Source: Escherichia coli
GTDB taxonomy: Bacteria; Pseudomonadota; Gammaproteobacteria; Enterobacterales; Enterobacteriaceae
DNA: 64,000 nt
Strand: one strand, 5' to 3'
Assembly: GCF_024223415.1 (NCBI RefSeq)
Contig: NZ_CP100500.1
Shown here: positions 44,248 through 56,480 of the stretch, in pieces
Layout: every line of letters begins with the position of its first letter
Position numbering within the stretch: the first letter of the stretch is position 1
Position numbers and translations under genes: made by a program
Notes under the pieces: generated by a model
What the model was told of the DNA's origin: nothing
The model's database searches: none
Seen by the model: only the letters and a program-made list of their open reading frames with translations

Positions 44248-44664
44248 ATGATGAAAAAACTCGCAATTGCAGGCGCGCTCATGTTGCTGGCGGGCTGTGC
44301 CGAAGTCGAAAACTATAACAATGTCGTGAAAACCCCCGCGCCGGACTGGCTGGCGGGCTACTGGCAGACCAAAGGGCCGCAACGTGCGCTGGTCAGTCCG
44401 GAAGCGATAGGCAGCCTGATTGTCACTAAAGAGGGCGATACCCTGGATTGCCGTCAGTGGCAGCGGGTGATTGCCGTGCCGGGCAAGTTGACATTGATGT
44501 CTGATGATCTCACTAACGTTACCGTAAAACGTGAGCTGTACGAGGTTGAGCGTGACGGTAACACCATTGAGTACGATGGTATGACGATGGAGCGTGTGGA
44601 TCGCCCGACGGCAGAGTGTGCCGCCGCGCTGGATAAAGCGCCGTTACCGACGCCACTGCCGTAA
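44248..44664 (+). CDS. yedD: Lipoprotein YedD (about 137 aa)
   Basis: MMKKLAIAGALMLLAGCAEVE (lipobox LAGC). Confidence 0.85.
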   Translation: MMKKLAIAGALMLLAGCAEVENYNNVVKTPAPDWLAGYWQTKGPQRALVSPEAIGSLIVTKEGDTLDCRQWQRVIAVPGKLTLMSDDLTNVTVKRELYEVERDGNTIEYDGMTMERVDRPTAECAAALDKAPLPTPLP

Positions 44665-44697
44665 TGAAATCTCCCCGGCTTGCCGCCGGGGATGAAT

Positions 44698-46185
44698 TTA
44701 AATCACCTCTTCGATAACCCACACGCTGACGCTGCCGCCGTTGCAAAAGAAGGTCGCTTCGCCGTTTTCGTCGGTCACTACGCTCTCTTGCCGATTCCCC
44801 AGAAAATCACGCCAGGTTTTATTGCCGTAATTCTCTCCCAGATGAATGGTTTTTTCGCCATCATCCCCGTTCGACATGACCACCACGCAGCCGGGATATT
44901 CGTCAGTGCCACTGCGACTAAAGGCAATGCAGTTCGGATGGTCGAAAAATAACGTCTGTACACCGTGGGCGAAACGCTGACGGGCGAGAATTAACTCATC
45001 AAGCTGTTCGATTATTGGCATATCTATCGGATAGGTTTGCCCGTCACCACCGACATCTTCGTAATGCGCACCGTAGAGGTCCGGATAGAATACCGAAGGA
45101 ACGCCATTTTCCCGCAACAAAATTAAGGTATACGCCAGCGGTTTAAACCACGGTTCGACCGGCGCTTCGAGGGCTTGCAACGGTTGGGTGTCGTGATTGG
45201 CAACGAGCGTCACGGCGTGGAAAGGATCGGCTTCCACTAATGTACCCGTGAAAATCTGCGTCATGTCGTAGTCGCGCCCCATGCGCGATGCTTCATGGAA
45301 TTTCATCTGCAGCGGCGCATCGAACAGCATGGTTTTGCCTTCCACCTGATCAATATACGTTTGCAGTTTATCGACTTCATGCGACCAGTACTCCGCCACA
45401 ATAAACAGCGGCTTTGGCGCAACTTCCTGTACGTGTTCGATCCACTCTTTATAAAACCACGCCGGAATATGTTTGACCGCATCAAGACGAAAACCGTCGC
45501 ATTGTGTTTGTTCCATCACCCAGCGCGCCCAGTATTTAATCTCTTCCGTCACGGCATGATTGCGGAAATCGATATTCTCACCCATCAGATAATCGAAATT
45601 ACCGAGTTCATCATCAACCTGATCGTTCCAGCCTTCACCGGTGTAGTCGTTAACAATTTTAAAAATGCCATCTTCATCAGGGTTTTCGATATGGTCGATA
45701 CCGCTAAAACATTTGAAATCCCAGATAAACTGCGAGTATTGCCCGGCACGGGCGGGGAAGGTGTAACGCGTCCAGCCTTCGCACTCTATGATTTCTTCGT
45801 CAATTTGCGTACGGTCATCAGCATTTACACGCTGCACGCGAATAGCTTCTTTTTCATCCGCGCCCATTTTGTGGTTGACTACCACGTCCAACAGCACCGC
45901 AATGTCATTACGTTTCAGAGCGTCAATGGCGGCCAGCAGTTGTGCTTTATCGCCATATTTAGTAGGGATGCTGCCTTTCTGATCAAACTCGCCTAAATCA
46001 AATAAATCATAGGAGTCGTAGCCGACCGAATACCCGCCCGATGCGCCTTTATAGGCGGGCGGCAACCAGACCATATTGATACCAATATCATTAAAACCGT
46101 CGGCGCGCTCGGCCAGTTCAGGCCAGAGCTTACCGCCTTCCGGGTAATACCAGTGAAAACATTGTAACAGCGTGGGATTACGCAT
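44698..46185 (-). CDS. amyA: Cytoplasmic alpha-amylase AmyA (495 aa)
   Basis: [47 protein letters not shown]..., GH13 motifs (GFRLDAVKH). Confidence 0.9.
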   Translation of the reverse strand: MRNPTLLQCFHWYYPEGGKLWPELAERADGFNDIGINMVWLPPAYKGASGGYSVGYDSYDLFDLGEFDQKGSIPTKYGDKAQLLAAIDALKRNDIAVLLDVVVNHKMGADEKEAIRVQRVNADDRTQIDEEIIECEGWTRYTFPARAGQYSQFIWDFKCFSGIDHIENPDEDGIFKIVNDYTGEGWNDQVDDELGNFDYLMGENIDFRNHAVTEEIKYWARWVMEQTQCDGFRLDAVKHIPAWFYKEWIEHVQEVAPKPLFIVAEYWSHEVDKLQTYIDQVEGKTMLFDAPLQMKFHEASRMGRDYDMTQIFTGTLVEADPFHAVTLVANHDTQPLQALEAPVEPWFKPLAYTLILLRENGVPSVFYPDLYGAHYEDVGGDGQTYPIDMPIIEQLDELILARQRFAHGVQTLFFDHPNCIAFSRSGTDEYPGCVVVMSNGDDGEKTIHLGENYGNKTWRDFLGNRQESVVTDENGEATFFCNGGSVSVWVIEEVI

Positions 46186-46262
46186 TCTTCGACTCCATTC
46201 AAGGGGAACATTAGAAGCGTAGCCGTAATCGGATTATTCGCGAGCCATCGACTCGTTCAGAT

Positions 46263-46628
46263 TCAAAAGAGGTTATCCTGCGGAGCCAGCACAAAGCCGC
46301 CCTGATCGCCATAGGCACTTAACACCGATTTTTGCACCGATGACTGACCGACCAGTTTCGCCAGTTCATCCATCCGAATCTGTAATAACTGCTTTACCTT
46401 GCTTTCGTTGTCGAGAATCAGGCGCAGCATCGGGCGGAGCTGCTCCTGCATCGTGGTGGACGGGTCAATCTCTTCAGTCAGATGTGCAATCTCCTGCACC
46501 GCATTCACATACGCCATTTCGCTGGCGATGAGTTCTTCCCATTGTTCTTCCGTTGCCAGGCGTAACATGAGCTGGCTTTTTTCGACGAGTTGTTGCCAGG
46601 CGAAATACAAATGCGGTGCATGGTTCAT
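46263..46628 (-). CDS. fliT: Flagellar export chaperone / anti-FlhDC factor FliT (121 aa)
   Basis: [50 protein letters not shown]... Confidence 0.9.
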   Translation of the reverse strand: MNHAPHLYFAWQQLVEKSQLMLRLATEEQWEELIASEMAYVNAVQEIAHLTEEIDPSTTMQEQLRPMLRLILDNESKVKQLLQIRMDELAKLVGQSSVQKSVLSAYGDQGGFVLAPQDNLF

Positions 46629-47038
46629 CAGACTGGGTCCTGAATCAAAGAAGGGGAGAGTAACGACTCTTTCCAGGCATCGGCAATATTACGCATTAAT
46701 GCTTCCACTTCTTCGACTGCGGAGACATCGTTGCGTAAATTGGCTTGCAGCAAGCGCCTGACCATATAGCTATAAAGAGCAATCAAGTTTTGGGTTAATT
46801 CGTCTTTGCTCTCTTCATCAAGACTCACCCGCAGTCCGTTCTCAATGATGTTGATCGCTTTTGACAAAGAGACGCCTTTGCCTTGCTGATTGTTGTCCTG
46901 CATAAACAGGCGCGCTCTAACCAGTGCGCTCAGCACTCCATCAAATAGCATGGTGACCAGCTGCTGCTGGCTGGCGCTCATTACGGCGCTTTCGACGCCA
47001 ATTTGTGCATAGGCTTTTGAGCCGCTCGCGGTATACAT
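46628..47038 (-). CDS. fliS: Flagellin-specific chaperone FliS (136 aa)
   Basis: [50 protein letters not shown]... Confidence 0.9.
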   Translation of the reverse strand: MYTASGSKAYAQIGVESAVMSASQQQLVTMLFDGVLSALVRARLFMQDNNQQGKGVSLSKAINIIENGLRVSLDEESKDELTQNLIALYSYMVRRLLQANLRNDVSAVEEVEALMRNIADAWKESLLSPSLIQDPV

Positions 47039-47052
47039 GCTGACCTCCGTGA

Positions 47053-48465
47053 TCAGGAATTACTCATTGCAGTAAATTGTTGGCTGAGATAGGTACTGGT
47101 GTTATTCAGTTTGCTCATCATGGTATCTAATTGCGTAAACTGTGCAGTGTAACGCGCCACGGTGTCATCAATGCTGGCACTGACGGATAGATACTGTTTG
47201 GTTAGTTTTTTCAGTGTGGCGTTAATACTGTCCTGTGCGCTATCAATAATGCCATCATCGGCAAGGTAACCTTTTACCTCGGTGGCAATTTTGGTGGTAA
47301 TTCCTGTTTCTTTACCATCGCCTACCAGCAATTCACGTACGGATGCTGTATTTTCATTCAGGACTTTTTTGAGTTTATCATCATCAATTTTCAGCTTACC
47401 CGTCGTGCCGTCCTGCTTAATCCCGATCTCGTTTAATGTTTTGAAGGCACCGTCGCTGGCACCGTTTGCAAATTGTGCGCGGATGCCGCTTTGAATTGTA
47501 CGTACAACGCTGTCTCCGAGAAGTGCACCATTATTTTTATCTTGTGCTTCAGCACCTGGGTCTACTTCTTTATATTTTGTCAGGGTGTTAAAGGTGTCAA
47601 TGAGGGAGTTATATGAATCCACCCAGCCTTTAATTGCTTCGGTTGCTTTATCGTTGCTTTTTGTCACAGTGACCCGGACGTCAGTGACTTTTTTGGTCAA
47701 ATCGAGAGTCACTCCCTGAGGAGCATCGGTAATTTTGTTACTTGAACGTTCAATATCGATACCGTTAACGTTTAGCTGTGCATTTTGCGCGTTAACCAGT
47801 TCCTTCATATTCCCGGTGTTGGTCTTGCTGTCATAAGCCAGCAGATCATTTAATTTACTGTCACCCTCAACAGATATGGTCATTTTATTGGCCAGACCTT
47901 CACTGGCGGTCAATACCAATTGATAGTCACCATCTTTGACTTTAACGATACTAGCGGAAATTCCACTATCGGCATCGTTAATGGTTTTGCTGATCTCATC
48001 CAATGACGTCTGATCTTTATTGAGCTTGATTTCCAGCGGCTCTTTACGGCCGTCTTGGGTAATTTTTATTGTGCGTGTATCTGATGACTCATCACCCAGT
48101 GCATCTTTTGTTGATGCAATGATTGTCGGGGAATCAGTTCGTAAAGATTGCGCCTGCGCCAGTTGGGTTACGCTGATGGTATAGATACCGGGGGCAGCAC
48201 CTGCTTCGGTGGAAACTTTAAGGTCTTCATTGCTACTGGTAACGGTAGTGCTTTTGAACAGATCGGCTTTATTTAACGCAGTATTTGCAGTCTGGAATTT
48301 TTCTAATGCACTTTTTAATGTGCCATAGGCTGTCAGACGTGCGGTGTTGTCACTCTGTTGCTGAGTAATTGGGTTTAAGCGTTTTTTTTCAGCGATGGTC
48401 AGGTTGTTTAGCAATGTATCCAGCGGCAGATTCGAACCAACGCCAAGAGATGTAAATGAAGCCAT
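47053..48465 (-). CDS. fliD: Flagellar filament cap protein FliD (470 aa; strain-variable allele)
   Basis: MASFTSLGVGSNLPLDTLLNNLTIAEKKRLNPITQQQSDNTARLTAYGTLKSALEKFQTAN...; SD AAGGAA upstream. Confidence 0.85.
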   Translation of the reverse strand: MASFTSLGVGSNLPLDTLLNNLTIAEKKRLNPITQQQSDNTARLTAYGTLKSALEKFQTANTALNKADLFKSTTVTSSNEDLKVSTEAGAAPGIYTISVTQLAQAQSLRTDSPTIIASTKDALGDESSDTRTIKITQDGRKEPLEIKLNKDQTSLDEISKTINDADSGISASIVKVKDGDYQLVLTASEGLANKMTISVEGDSKLNDLLAYDSKTNTGNMKELVNAQNAQLNVNGIDIERSSNKITDAPQGVTLDLTKKVTDVRVTVTKSNDKATEAIKGWVDSYNSLIDTFNTLTKYKEVDPGAEAQDKNNGALLGDSVVRTIQSGIRAQFANGASDGAFKTLNEIGIKQDGTTGKLKIDDDKLKKVLNENTASVRELLVGDGKETGITTKIATEVKGYLADDGIIDSAQDSINATLKKLTKQYLSVSASIDDTVARYTAQFTQLDTMMSKLNNTSTYLSQQFTAMSNS

Positions 48466-48503
48466 ACCTAATTCCTTTTGATTGCAAACAGTAGATAAGC
48501 GGG

Positions 48504-48530
48504 TTATCGGCAATTTGTGCGCAAAGTTTA
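48504..48530 (-). promoter_or_regulatory. Sigma-28 (FliA) class 3 promoter of fliD
   Basis: Minus strand reads TAAA-N15-GCCGATAA, matching the sigma-28 consensus. Confidence 0.7.
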
Positions 48531-48623
48531 ATAGTTGATTCACGAAGATGATGCGCAGAGTAGAGTTGTATATTACGGATATTTCAGCCGTTAAGAAAAA
48601 ACAGGAGAGAAACTAAAATTTTC

Positions 48624-48650
48624 TAAAGTTCGAAATTCAGGTGCCGATAC
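48624..48650 (+). promoter_or_regulatory. Sigma-28 (FliA) class 3 promoter of fliC
   Basis: TAAAGTTCGAAATTCAGGTGCCGATAC: TAAA-N15-GCCGATAC. Confidence 0.75.
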
Positions 48651-48719
48651 AAGGGGTACGGTGAGAAACCGTGGGCAACAGCCCAATAACATCAAGTTGT
48701 AATTGATAAGGAAAAGATC

Positions 48720-50180
48720 ATGGCACAAGTCATTAATACAAACAGCCTGTCGCTGTTGACCCAGAATAACCTGAACAAATCTCAGTCTTCTCTTGGCTCT
48801 GCTATTGAGCGTCTCTCTTCTGGCCTGCGTATTAACAGTGCTAAAGATGACGCAGCAGGTCAGGCGATTGCTAACCGTTTTACGGCAAATATTAAAGGTC
48901 TGACTCAGGCTTCCCGTAACGCGAATGATGGTATTTCTGTTGCGCAGACTACTGAAGGTGCGCTGAATGAAATTAACAACAACCTGCAGCGTGTACGTGA
49001 ACTGACTGTTCAGGCAACTAACGGTACTAACTCTGACAGCGATCTTTCTTCTATTCAGGCAGAAATTACTCAACGTCTGGAAGAAATTGACCGTGTATCT
49101 GAGCAAACTCAGTTTAACGGCGTGAAAGTCCTTGCCGAAAATAATGAAATGAAAATTCAGGTTGGTGCTAATGATGGGGAAACCATCACTATCAATCTGG
49201 CAAAAATTGATGCGAAAACTCTCGGCCTGGACGGCTTTAATATCGATGGCGCGCAGAAAGCAACTGGCAGTGACCTGATTTCTAAATTTAAAGCGACAGG
49301 TACTGATAATTATCAAATTAACGGTACTGATAACTATACTGTTAATGTAGATAGTGGAGCAGTTCAAAATGAGGATGGTGACGCAATTTTTGTTAGCGCT
49401 ACCGATGGTTCTCTGACTACTAAGAGTGATACAAAAGTCGGTGGTACAGGTATTGATGCGACTGGGCTTGCAAAAGCCGCAGTTTCTTTAGCTAAAGATG
49501 CCTCAATTAAATACCAAGGTATTACTTTCACCAACAAAGGCACTGGTGCATTTGATGGCAGTGGTAACGGCACTCTAACCGCTAATATTGATGGCAAAGA
49601 TGTAACCTTTACTATTGATGCGACAGGGAAGGACGCAACATTAAAAACGTCTGATCCTGTTTACAAAAATAGTGCAGGTCAGTTCACTACAACTAAGGTT
49701 GAAAACAAAGCCGCTACAGCATCGGATCTGGACTTAAATAACGCTAAAAAAGTGGGTAGTTCTTTAGTTGTAAATGGCGCTGATTATGAAGTTAGCGCTG
49801 ATGGTAAGACAGTAACTGGGCTTGGTAAAACTATGTATCTGAGCAAATCAGAAGGTGGTAGCCCGATTCTGGTAAAAGAAGATGCAGCAAAATCGTTGCA
49901 ATCTACTACCAACCCGCTCGAAACCATCGACAAGGCATTGGCTAAAGTTGACAATCTGCGTTCTGACCTCGGTGCAGTACAAAACCGTTTCGACTCTGCT
50001 ATCACCAACCTTGGCAACACCGTAAACAACCTGTCTTCTGCCCGTAGCCGTATCGAAGATGCTGACTACGCGACCGAAGTGTCTAACATGTCTCGTGCGC
50101 AGATCCTGCAACAAGCGGGTACCTCTGTTCTGGCGCAGGCTAACCAGACCACGCAGAACGTACTGTCTCTGCTGCGTTAA
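48720..50180 (+). CDS. fliC: Flagellin FliC (486 aa; non-K-12 H-antigen allele)
   Basis: MAQVINTNSLSLLTQNNLNKSQSSLGSAIERLSSGLRINSAKDDAAGQAIANRF...SRIEDADYATEVSNMSRAQILQQAGTSVLAQANQTTQNVLSLLR. Confidence 0.95.
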   Translation: MAQVINTNSLSLLTQNNLNKSQSSLGSAIERLSSGLRINSAKDDAAGQAIANRFTANIKGLTQASRNANDGISVAQTTEGALNEINNNLQRVRELTVQATNGTNSDSDLSSIQAEITQRLEEIDRVSEQTQFNGVKVLAENNEMKIQVGANDGETITINLAKIDAKTLGLDGFNIDGAQKATGSDLISKFKATGTDNYQINGTDNYTVNVDSGAVQNEDGDAIFVSATDGSLTTKSDTKVGGTGIDATGLAKAAVSLAKDASIKYQGITFTNKGTGAFDGSGNGTLTANIDGKDVTFTIDATGKDATLKTSDPVYKNSAGQFTTTKVENKAATASDLDLNNAKKVGSSLVVNGADYEVSADGKTVTGLGKTMYLSKSEGGSPILVKEDAAKSLQSTTNPLETIDKALAKVDNLRSDLGAVQNRFDSAITNLGNTVNNLSSARSRIEDADYATEVSNMSRAQILQQAGTSVLAQANQTTQNVLSLLR

Positions 50181-50196
50181 TTTACACTTATCGCTC

Positions 50197-50222
50197 AAAC
50201 CCCGCCAACGGCGGGGTTTTTT
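50197..50222 (+). terminator. Intrinsic terminator of fliC
   Basis: AAACCCCGCCAACGGCGGGGTTTTTT. Confidence 0.85.
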
Positions 50223-50344
50223 CTGTCCGCAATTTACCGGTAACCCCCAAATAACCCCTCATTTCACCCACTAATCGTCCGATTAAAAACCCTGCAGAAA
50301 CGGATAATCATGCCGATAACTCATATAACGCAGGGCTGTTTATC

Positions 50345-51064
50345 GTGAATTCACTCTATACCGCTGAAGGTGTAATGGATAAACACTCGCTGTGGCAGCG
50401 TTATGTCCCGCTGGTGCGTCACGAAGCATTGCGCCTGCAGGTTCGACTGCCCGCGAGCGTGGAACTTGACGATCTGCTACAGGCGGGCGGCATTGGGTTA
50501 CTTAATGCCGTCGAACGCTATGACGCCCTACAAGGAACGGCATTTACAACTTACGCAGTGCAGCGTATACGTGGCGCTATGCTGGATGAACTTCGCAGCC
50601 GTGACTGGGTGCCGCGCAGCGTGCGACGCAACGCGCGTGAAGTGGCACAGGCAATAGGGCAACTGGAGCAGGAACTTGGCCGCAACGCCACGGAAACTGA
50701 GGTTGCGGAACGTTTAGGGATCGATATTGCCGATTATCGCCAAATGTTGCTCGACACCAATAACAGCCAGCTCTTCTCCTACGATGAGTGGCGCGAAGAG
50801 CACGGCGATAGCATCGAACTGGTTACTGATGATCATCAGCGAGAAAACCCGCTACAACAACTGCTGGACAGTAATCTGCGCCAGCGGGTGATGGAAGCCA
50901 TCGAAACGTTGCCGGAGCGCGAAAAACTGGTATTAACCCTCTATTATCAGGAAGAGCTGAATCTCAAAGAGATTGGTGCGGTGCTGGAGGTCGGGGAATC
51001 GCGGGTCAGTCAGTTACACAGCCAGGCCATTAAACGGTTACGCACTAAACTGGGTAAGTTATAA
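50345..51064 (+). CDS. fliA: Flagellar sigma factor sigma-28 FliA (239 aa, GTG start)
   Basis: MNSLYTAEGVMDKHSLWQRYVPLVRHEALRLQVRLPASVELDDLLQAGGIGLLNAVERYD..., sigma-70 regions 2-4. Confidence 0.95.
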   Translation: MNSLYTAEGVMDKHSLWQRYVPLVRHEALRLQVRLPASVELDDLLQAGGIGLLNAVERYDALQGTAFTTYAVQRIRGAMLDELRSRDWVPRSVRRNAREVAQAIGQLEQELGRNATETEVAERLGIDIADYRQMLLDTNNSQLFSYDEWREEHGDSIELVTDDHQRENPLQQLLDSNLRQRVMEAIETLPEREKLVLTLYYQEELNLKEIGAVLEVGESRVSQLHSQAIKRLRTKLGKL

Positions 51065-51109
51065 CGTCAGTAAATGCCGCACTTTAATTTTGACTACCAG
51101 GAGTTCTTA

Positions 51110-51661
51110 ATGATGGTGCAGCACCTGAAAAGACGGCCATTAAGCCGCTATCTTAAAGACTTTAAACACAGCCAGACTCATTGCGCGCATTGCCGTAAAT
51201 TACTCGATCGCATTACCTTAGTTCGCGACGGCAAAATAGTGAATAAAATCGAGATTTCCCGCCTGGACGCGCTGCTTGATGAAAATGGCTGGCAAACGGA
51301 ACAAAAATCATGGGCGGCATTGTGCCGATTTTGCGGTGATTTACATTGCAAAACGCAGAGTGATTTTTTCGATATTATCGGCTTTAAGCAATTTCTTTTT
51401 GAGCAAACTGAAATGAGCCCAGGTACGGTGCGTGAATATGTCGTTCGTTTGCGCCGTTTGGGGAATCATCTACACGAGCAAAATATTTCCCTCGATCCGC
51501 TGCAGGACGGTTTCCTTGATGAAATCCTCGCCCCGTGGCTGCCCACCACCAGCACCAACAATTACCGCATCGCATTACGGAAGTATCAACACTATCAGCG
51601 TCAAACGTGTACCGGACTTGTGCAGAAATCCTCCAGCCTGCCTGCTTCTGATATATATTAA
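51110..51661 (+). CDS. fliZ: Regulator FliZ (183 aa)
   Basis: MMVQHLKRRPLSRYLKDFKHSQTHCAHCRKLLDRITLVRDGKIVNKIE... Confidence 0.85.
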   Translation: MMVQHLKRRPLSRYLKDFKHSQTHCAHCRKLLDRITLVRDGKIVNKIEISRLDALLDENGWQTEQKSWAALCRFCGDLHCKTQSDFFDIIGFKQFLFEQTEMSPGTVREYVVRLRRLGNHLHEQNISLDPLQDGFLDEILAPWLPTTSTNNYRIALRKYQHYQRQTCTGLVQKSSSLPASDIY

Positions 51662-51748
51662 ATAAGAATAAGATGTAGCGGAGTTGTTTTTGTGTTTACA
51701 AACAATGGCTCTACACTGCAAACAGACATAACAACATTCGGGGTAAAT

Positions 51749-53640
<1,892 letters not shown>

Positions 53641-53654
53641 CTCCGGGAACGCTC

Positions 53655-54323
53655 ATGCAAGAAAGTATACAACTGGTTATTGATTCCTTGCCGTTCCTGC
53701 TGAAAGGGGCTGGGTATACGCTGCAACTCAGTATCGGCGGCATGTTTTTTGGCTTACTGCTCGGGTTTATTCTCGCGCTGATGCGCCTGTCGCCAATCTG
53801 GCCCGTGCGCTGGCTGGCGCGTTTTTATATCTCTATTTTTCGTGGTACACCGCTCATCGCACAACTGTTTATGATCTATTACGGCCTGCCGCAGTTTGGT
53901 ATCGAATTAGATCCCATTCCGTCAGCAATGATTGGTCTGTCGCTGAACACTGCCGCCTATGCCGCCGAAACACTGCGCGCCGCCATTTCTTCTATTGATA
54001 AAGGTCAGTGGGAAGCAGCTGCCAGTATTGGTATGACGCCATGGCAGACTATGCGTCGCGCGATTTTGCCACAGGCGGCGCGGGTGGCGTTGCCGCCGCT
54101 GTCGAACAGCTTTATCAGCCTGGTAAAGGATACGTCGCTGGCCGCGACAATCCAGGTGCCGGAGCTGTTCCGTCAGGCGCAGTTGATTACCTCGCGCACG
54201 CTGGAGGTGTTCACCATGTACCTGGCGGCTTCGCTCATCTACTGGATCATGGCGACAGTATTATCGACGTTGCAGAACCATTTTGAGAATCAACTTAATC
54301 GCCAGGAGAGAGAACCAAAATGA
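53655..54323 (+). CDS. tcyL: L-cystine ABC transporter permease TcyL (222 aa)
   Basis: MQESIQLVIDSLPFLLKGAGYTLQLSIGGMFFGLLLGFILALMRLS... Confidence 0.9.
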   Translation: MQESIQLVIDSLPFLLKGAGYTLQLSIGGMFFGLLLGFILALMRLSPIWPVRWLARFYISIFRGTPLIAQLFMIYYGLPQFGIELDPIPSAMIGLSLNTAAYAAETLRAAISSIDKGQWEAAASIGMTPWQTMRRAILPQAARVALPPLSNSFISLVKDTSLAATIQVPELFRQAQLITSRTLEVFTMYLAASLIYWIMATVLSTLQNHFENQLNRQEREPK

Positions 54324-55072
54324 GTGCCATTGAAGTTAAGAACCTGGTGAAAAAATTTCACGGTCAGACGGTGCTGCACGGTATCGACCTTGAGGTAAAG
54401 CCTGGCGAAGTGGTGGCAATTATCGGTCCGAGTGGTTCCGGCAAAACCACGTTGCTACGCAGCATAAATCTGCTGGAACAACCCGAAGCGGGAACGATCA
54501 CCGTTGGCGATATCACTATTGATACTGCACGTTCATTAAGTCAGCAAAAATCGCTGATTCGCCAGTTGCGTCAGCACGTCGGGTTTGTCTTCCAGAACTT
54601 TAATTTGTTTCCGCATCGTACGGTGCTGGAAAACATTATTGAAGGGCCGGTGATCGTCAAAGGCGAACCGAAAGAAGAGGCCACGGCGCGCGCTCGCGAG
54701 CTGTTGGCGAAAGTTGGGCTGGCCGGTAAAGAAACCAGCTATCCACGTCGTTTGTCTGGCGGTCAACAGCAACGTGTTGCGATTGCACGTGCGCTGGCAA
54801 TGCGTCCTGAGGTGATTTTGTTTGACGAGCCAACGTCGGCGCTGGATCCAGAGCTGGTGGGCGAAGTCCTGAACACCATCCGTCAGCTGGCGCAGGAAAA
54901 GCGCACGATGGTGATTGTGACGCACGAAATGAGCTTTGCCCGGGATGTTGCGGACCGGGCGATCTTTATGGACCAGGGGCGGATAGTCGAGCAGGGGGCC
55001 GCAAAAGCGTTATTTGCCGATCCCGAGCAGCCTCGCACCCGCCAGTTCCTCGAGAAGTTTCTGCTGCAATAA
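54320..55072 (+). CDS. tcyN: L-cystine ABC transporter ATP-binding protein TcyN (250 aa)
   Basis: Walker A GPSGSGKTT, signature LSGGQQQRVAIARAL, Walker B ILFDEPTSALD. Confidence 0.9.
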   Translation: MSAIEVKNLVKKFHGQTVLHGIDLEVKPGEVVAIIGPSGSGKTTLLRSINLLEQPEAGTITVGDITIDTARSLSQQKSLIRQLRQHVGFVFQNFNLFPHRTVLENIIEGPVIVKGEPKEEATARARELLAKVGLAGKETSYPRRLSGGQQQRVAIARALAMRPEVILFDEPTSALDPELVGEVLNTIRQLAQEKRTMVIVTHEMSFARDVADRAIFMDQGRIVEQGAAKALFADPEQPRTRQFLEKFLLQ

Positions 55073-55301
55073 TAAGAAAAAATCAGCCCCGACGATTCAC
55101 CTGTCGGGGCTGGACGCCATTTCAAGCCTGATAAAACTGCTTAACAAATCAGCATAACTCATTAATAACATAAGAGAATGCGATGGCTTGCAAAAGTAAT
55201 TCATTGCCTGAATAATATAAATTATATATAAATCTTATTTATGTGATAGTTTGAATTATCATTATAAATGATACTCACTCTCAGGGGCGTTGCGGTTTAC
55301 T

Positions 55302-56024
55302 ATGCAGGATAAGGATTTTTTCAGCTGGCGTCGCACGATGCTGTTGCGTTTTCAGAGGATGGAGGCCGCAGAAGAGGTCTACCATGAAATAGAGTTTCAG
55401 GCTCAGCAGCTGGAGTACGATTACTATTCGTTATGTGTTCGCCACCCGGTACCATTCACGCGACCTAAAGTGGCTTTCTACACCAATTACCCTGAGGCGT
55501 GGGTTAGTTATTATCAGGCAAAAAACTTTCTCGCAATTGATCCGGTGCTGAACCCTGAAAACTTTAGTCAGGGCCATTTAATGTGGAATGATGACTTATT
55601 CAGCGAAGCACAGCCGTTATGGGAAGCCGCGCGCGCACATGGTTTACGCCGCGGTGTCACTCAGTATTTAATGCTGCCAAACCGGGCGCTGGGCTTTTTG
55701 TCCTTTTCCCGTAGCAGCGCGCGCGAAATACCCATTCTTAGTGATGAACTGCAATTAAAAATGCAGTTACTGGTGCGCGAAAGTCTGATGGCTCTGATGC
55801 GTTTAAATGATGAAATAGTGATGACGCCAGAGATGAATTTCAGCAAGCGCGAAAAAGAAATTTTGAAATGGACGGCGGAAGGGAAGACATCAGCAGAGAT
55901 AGCGATGATTTTGTCAATCTCTGAGAATACGGTCAATTTCCATCAGAAAAACATGCAGAAAAAAATCAATGCACCAAATAAGACCCAGGTTGCCTGTTAC
56001 GCGGCCGCTACTGGCTTAATTTGA
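55302..56024 (+). CDS. sdiA: LuxR-family quorum-sensing regulator SdiA (240 aa)
   Basis: MQDKDFFSWRRTMLLRFQRMEAAEEVYHEIEFQAQQLEYDYYSLCVRHPVPFTRPKVAFYTNYPEAWVSYYQAKNFLAIDPVL... Confidence 0.95.
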   Translation: MQDKDFFSWRRTMLLRFQRMEAAEEVYHEIEFQAQQLEYDYYSLCVRHPVPFTRPKVAFYTNYPEAWVSYYQAKNFLAIDPVLNPENFSQGHLMWNDDLFSEAQPLWEAARAHGLRRGVTQYLMLPNRALGFLSFSRSSAREIPILSDELQLKMQLLVRESLMALMRLNDEIVMTPEMNFSKREKEILKWTAEGKTSAEIAMILSISENTVNFHQKNMQKKINAPNKTQVACYAAATGLI

Positions 56025-56051
56025 TCGCTTTTCTTTCTGCGTGCCAGATGC

Positions 56052-56088
56052 AAAAACCGGCTGAAAGGCACGCTATCAGCCGGTTTTA
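56052..56088. terminator. Bidirectional terminator between convergent sdiA and yecF
   Basis: AAAAACCGGCTGA...TCAGCCGGTTTTAT. Confidence 0.7.
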
Positions 56089-56090
56089 TA

Positions 56091-56315
56091 TTACTGACGG
56101 TAGGCTTGTTTAATTTGCTTAACCGTTTTGGAAAATACTGCAGCCTGGGTTTCGTCTTCGATCAGCGCAAGCTGTTTTTCCATCTTTAACATCACGCGGC
56201 CCGCGTCAGCTTGTCCCATCGCCTGTAGCATCAGCGTCAGCATCGCTTTCAGGCAGGAGACTTCATTTGCCAGTTCTTGATTATTCTCGGCAGTAGAAAA
56301 ATCAGGCGTACTCAT
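56091..56315 (-). CDS. yecF: YecF (DUF2594 small protein, 74 aa)
   Basis: [74 protein letters not shown]. Confidence 0.85.
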
Positions 56316-56456
56316 TTATTTTCCTCGTCATGTTGCAATGAAAATTTGCGGTGAAAAATGTTAAGGCGGCGGAGTATACCATAAGCTTTGCTAAAAATAG
56401 CAGTGGTTGTTTTTTGAGCGTGATATCGGCAGTGCTATAAAATACGTTAATATAAT

Positions 56457-56465
56457 GACCAATTA
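56457..56465. repeat. IS1 target-site duplication (left copy, GACCAATTA)
   Basis: Identical 9-mer directly flanks both IS1 ends. Confidence 0.9.
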
Positions 56466-56480
56466 GGTAATGACTCCAAC

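Noticed and set aside
50284-50319. Canonical sigma-28 promoter upstream of fliA
   Set aside because: A GCCGATAA -10 element is present (50312..50319) but no TAAA lies at the consensus 15-nt spacing, so I could not define a clean promoter by eye; fliA is known to have composite class 2/3 promoters.
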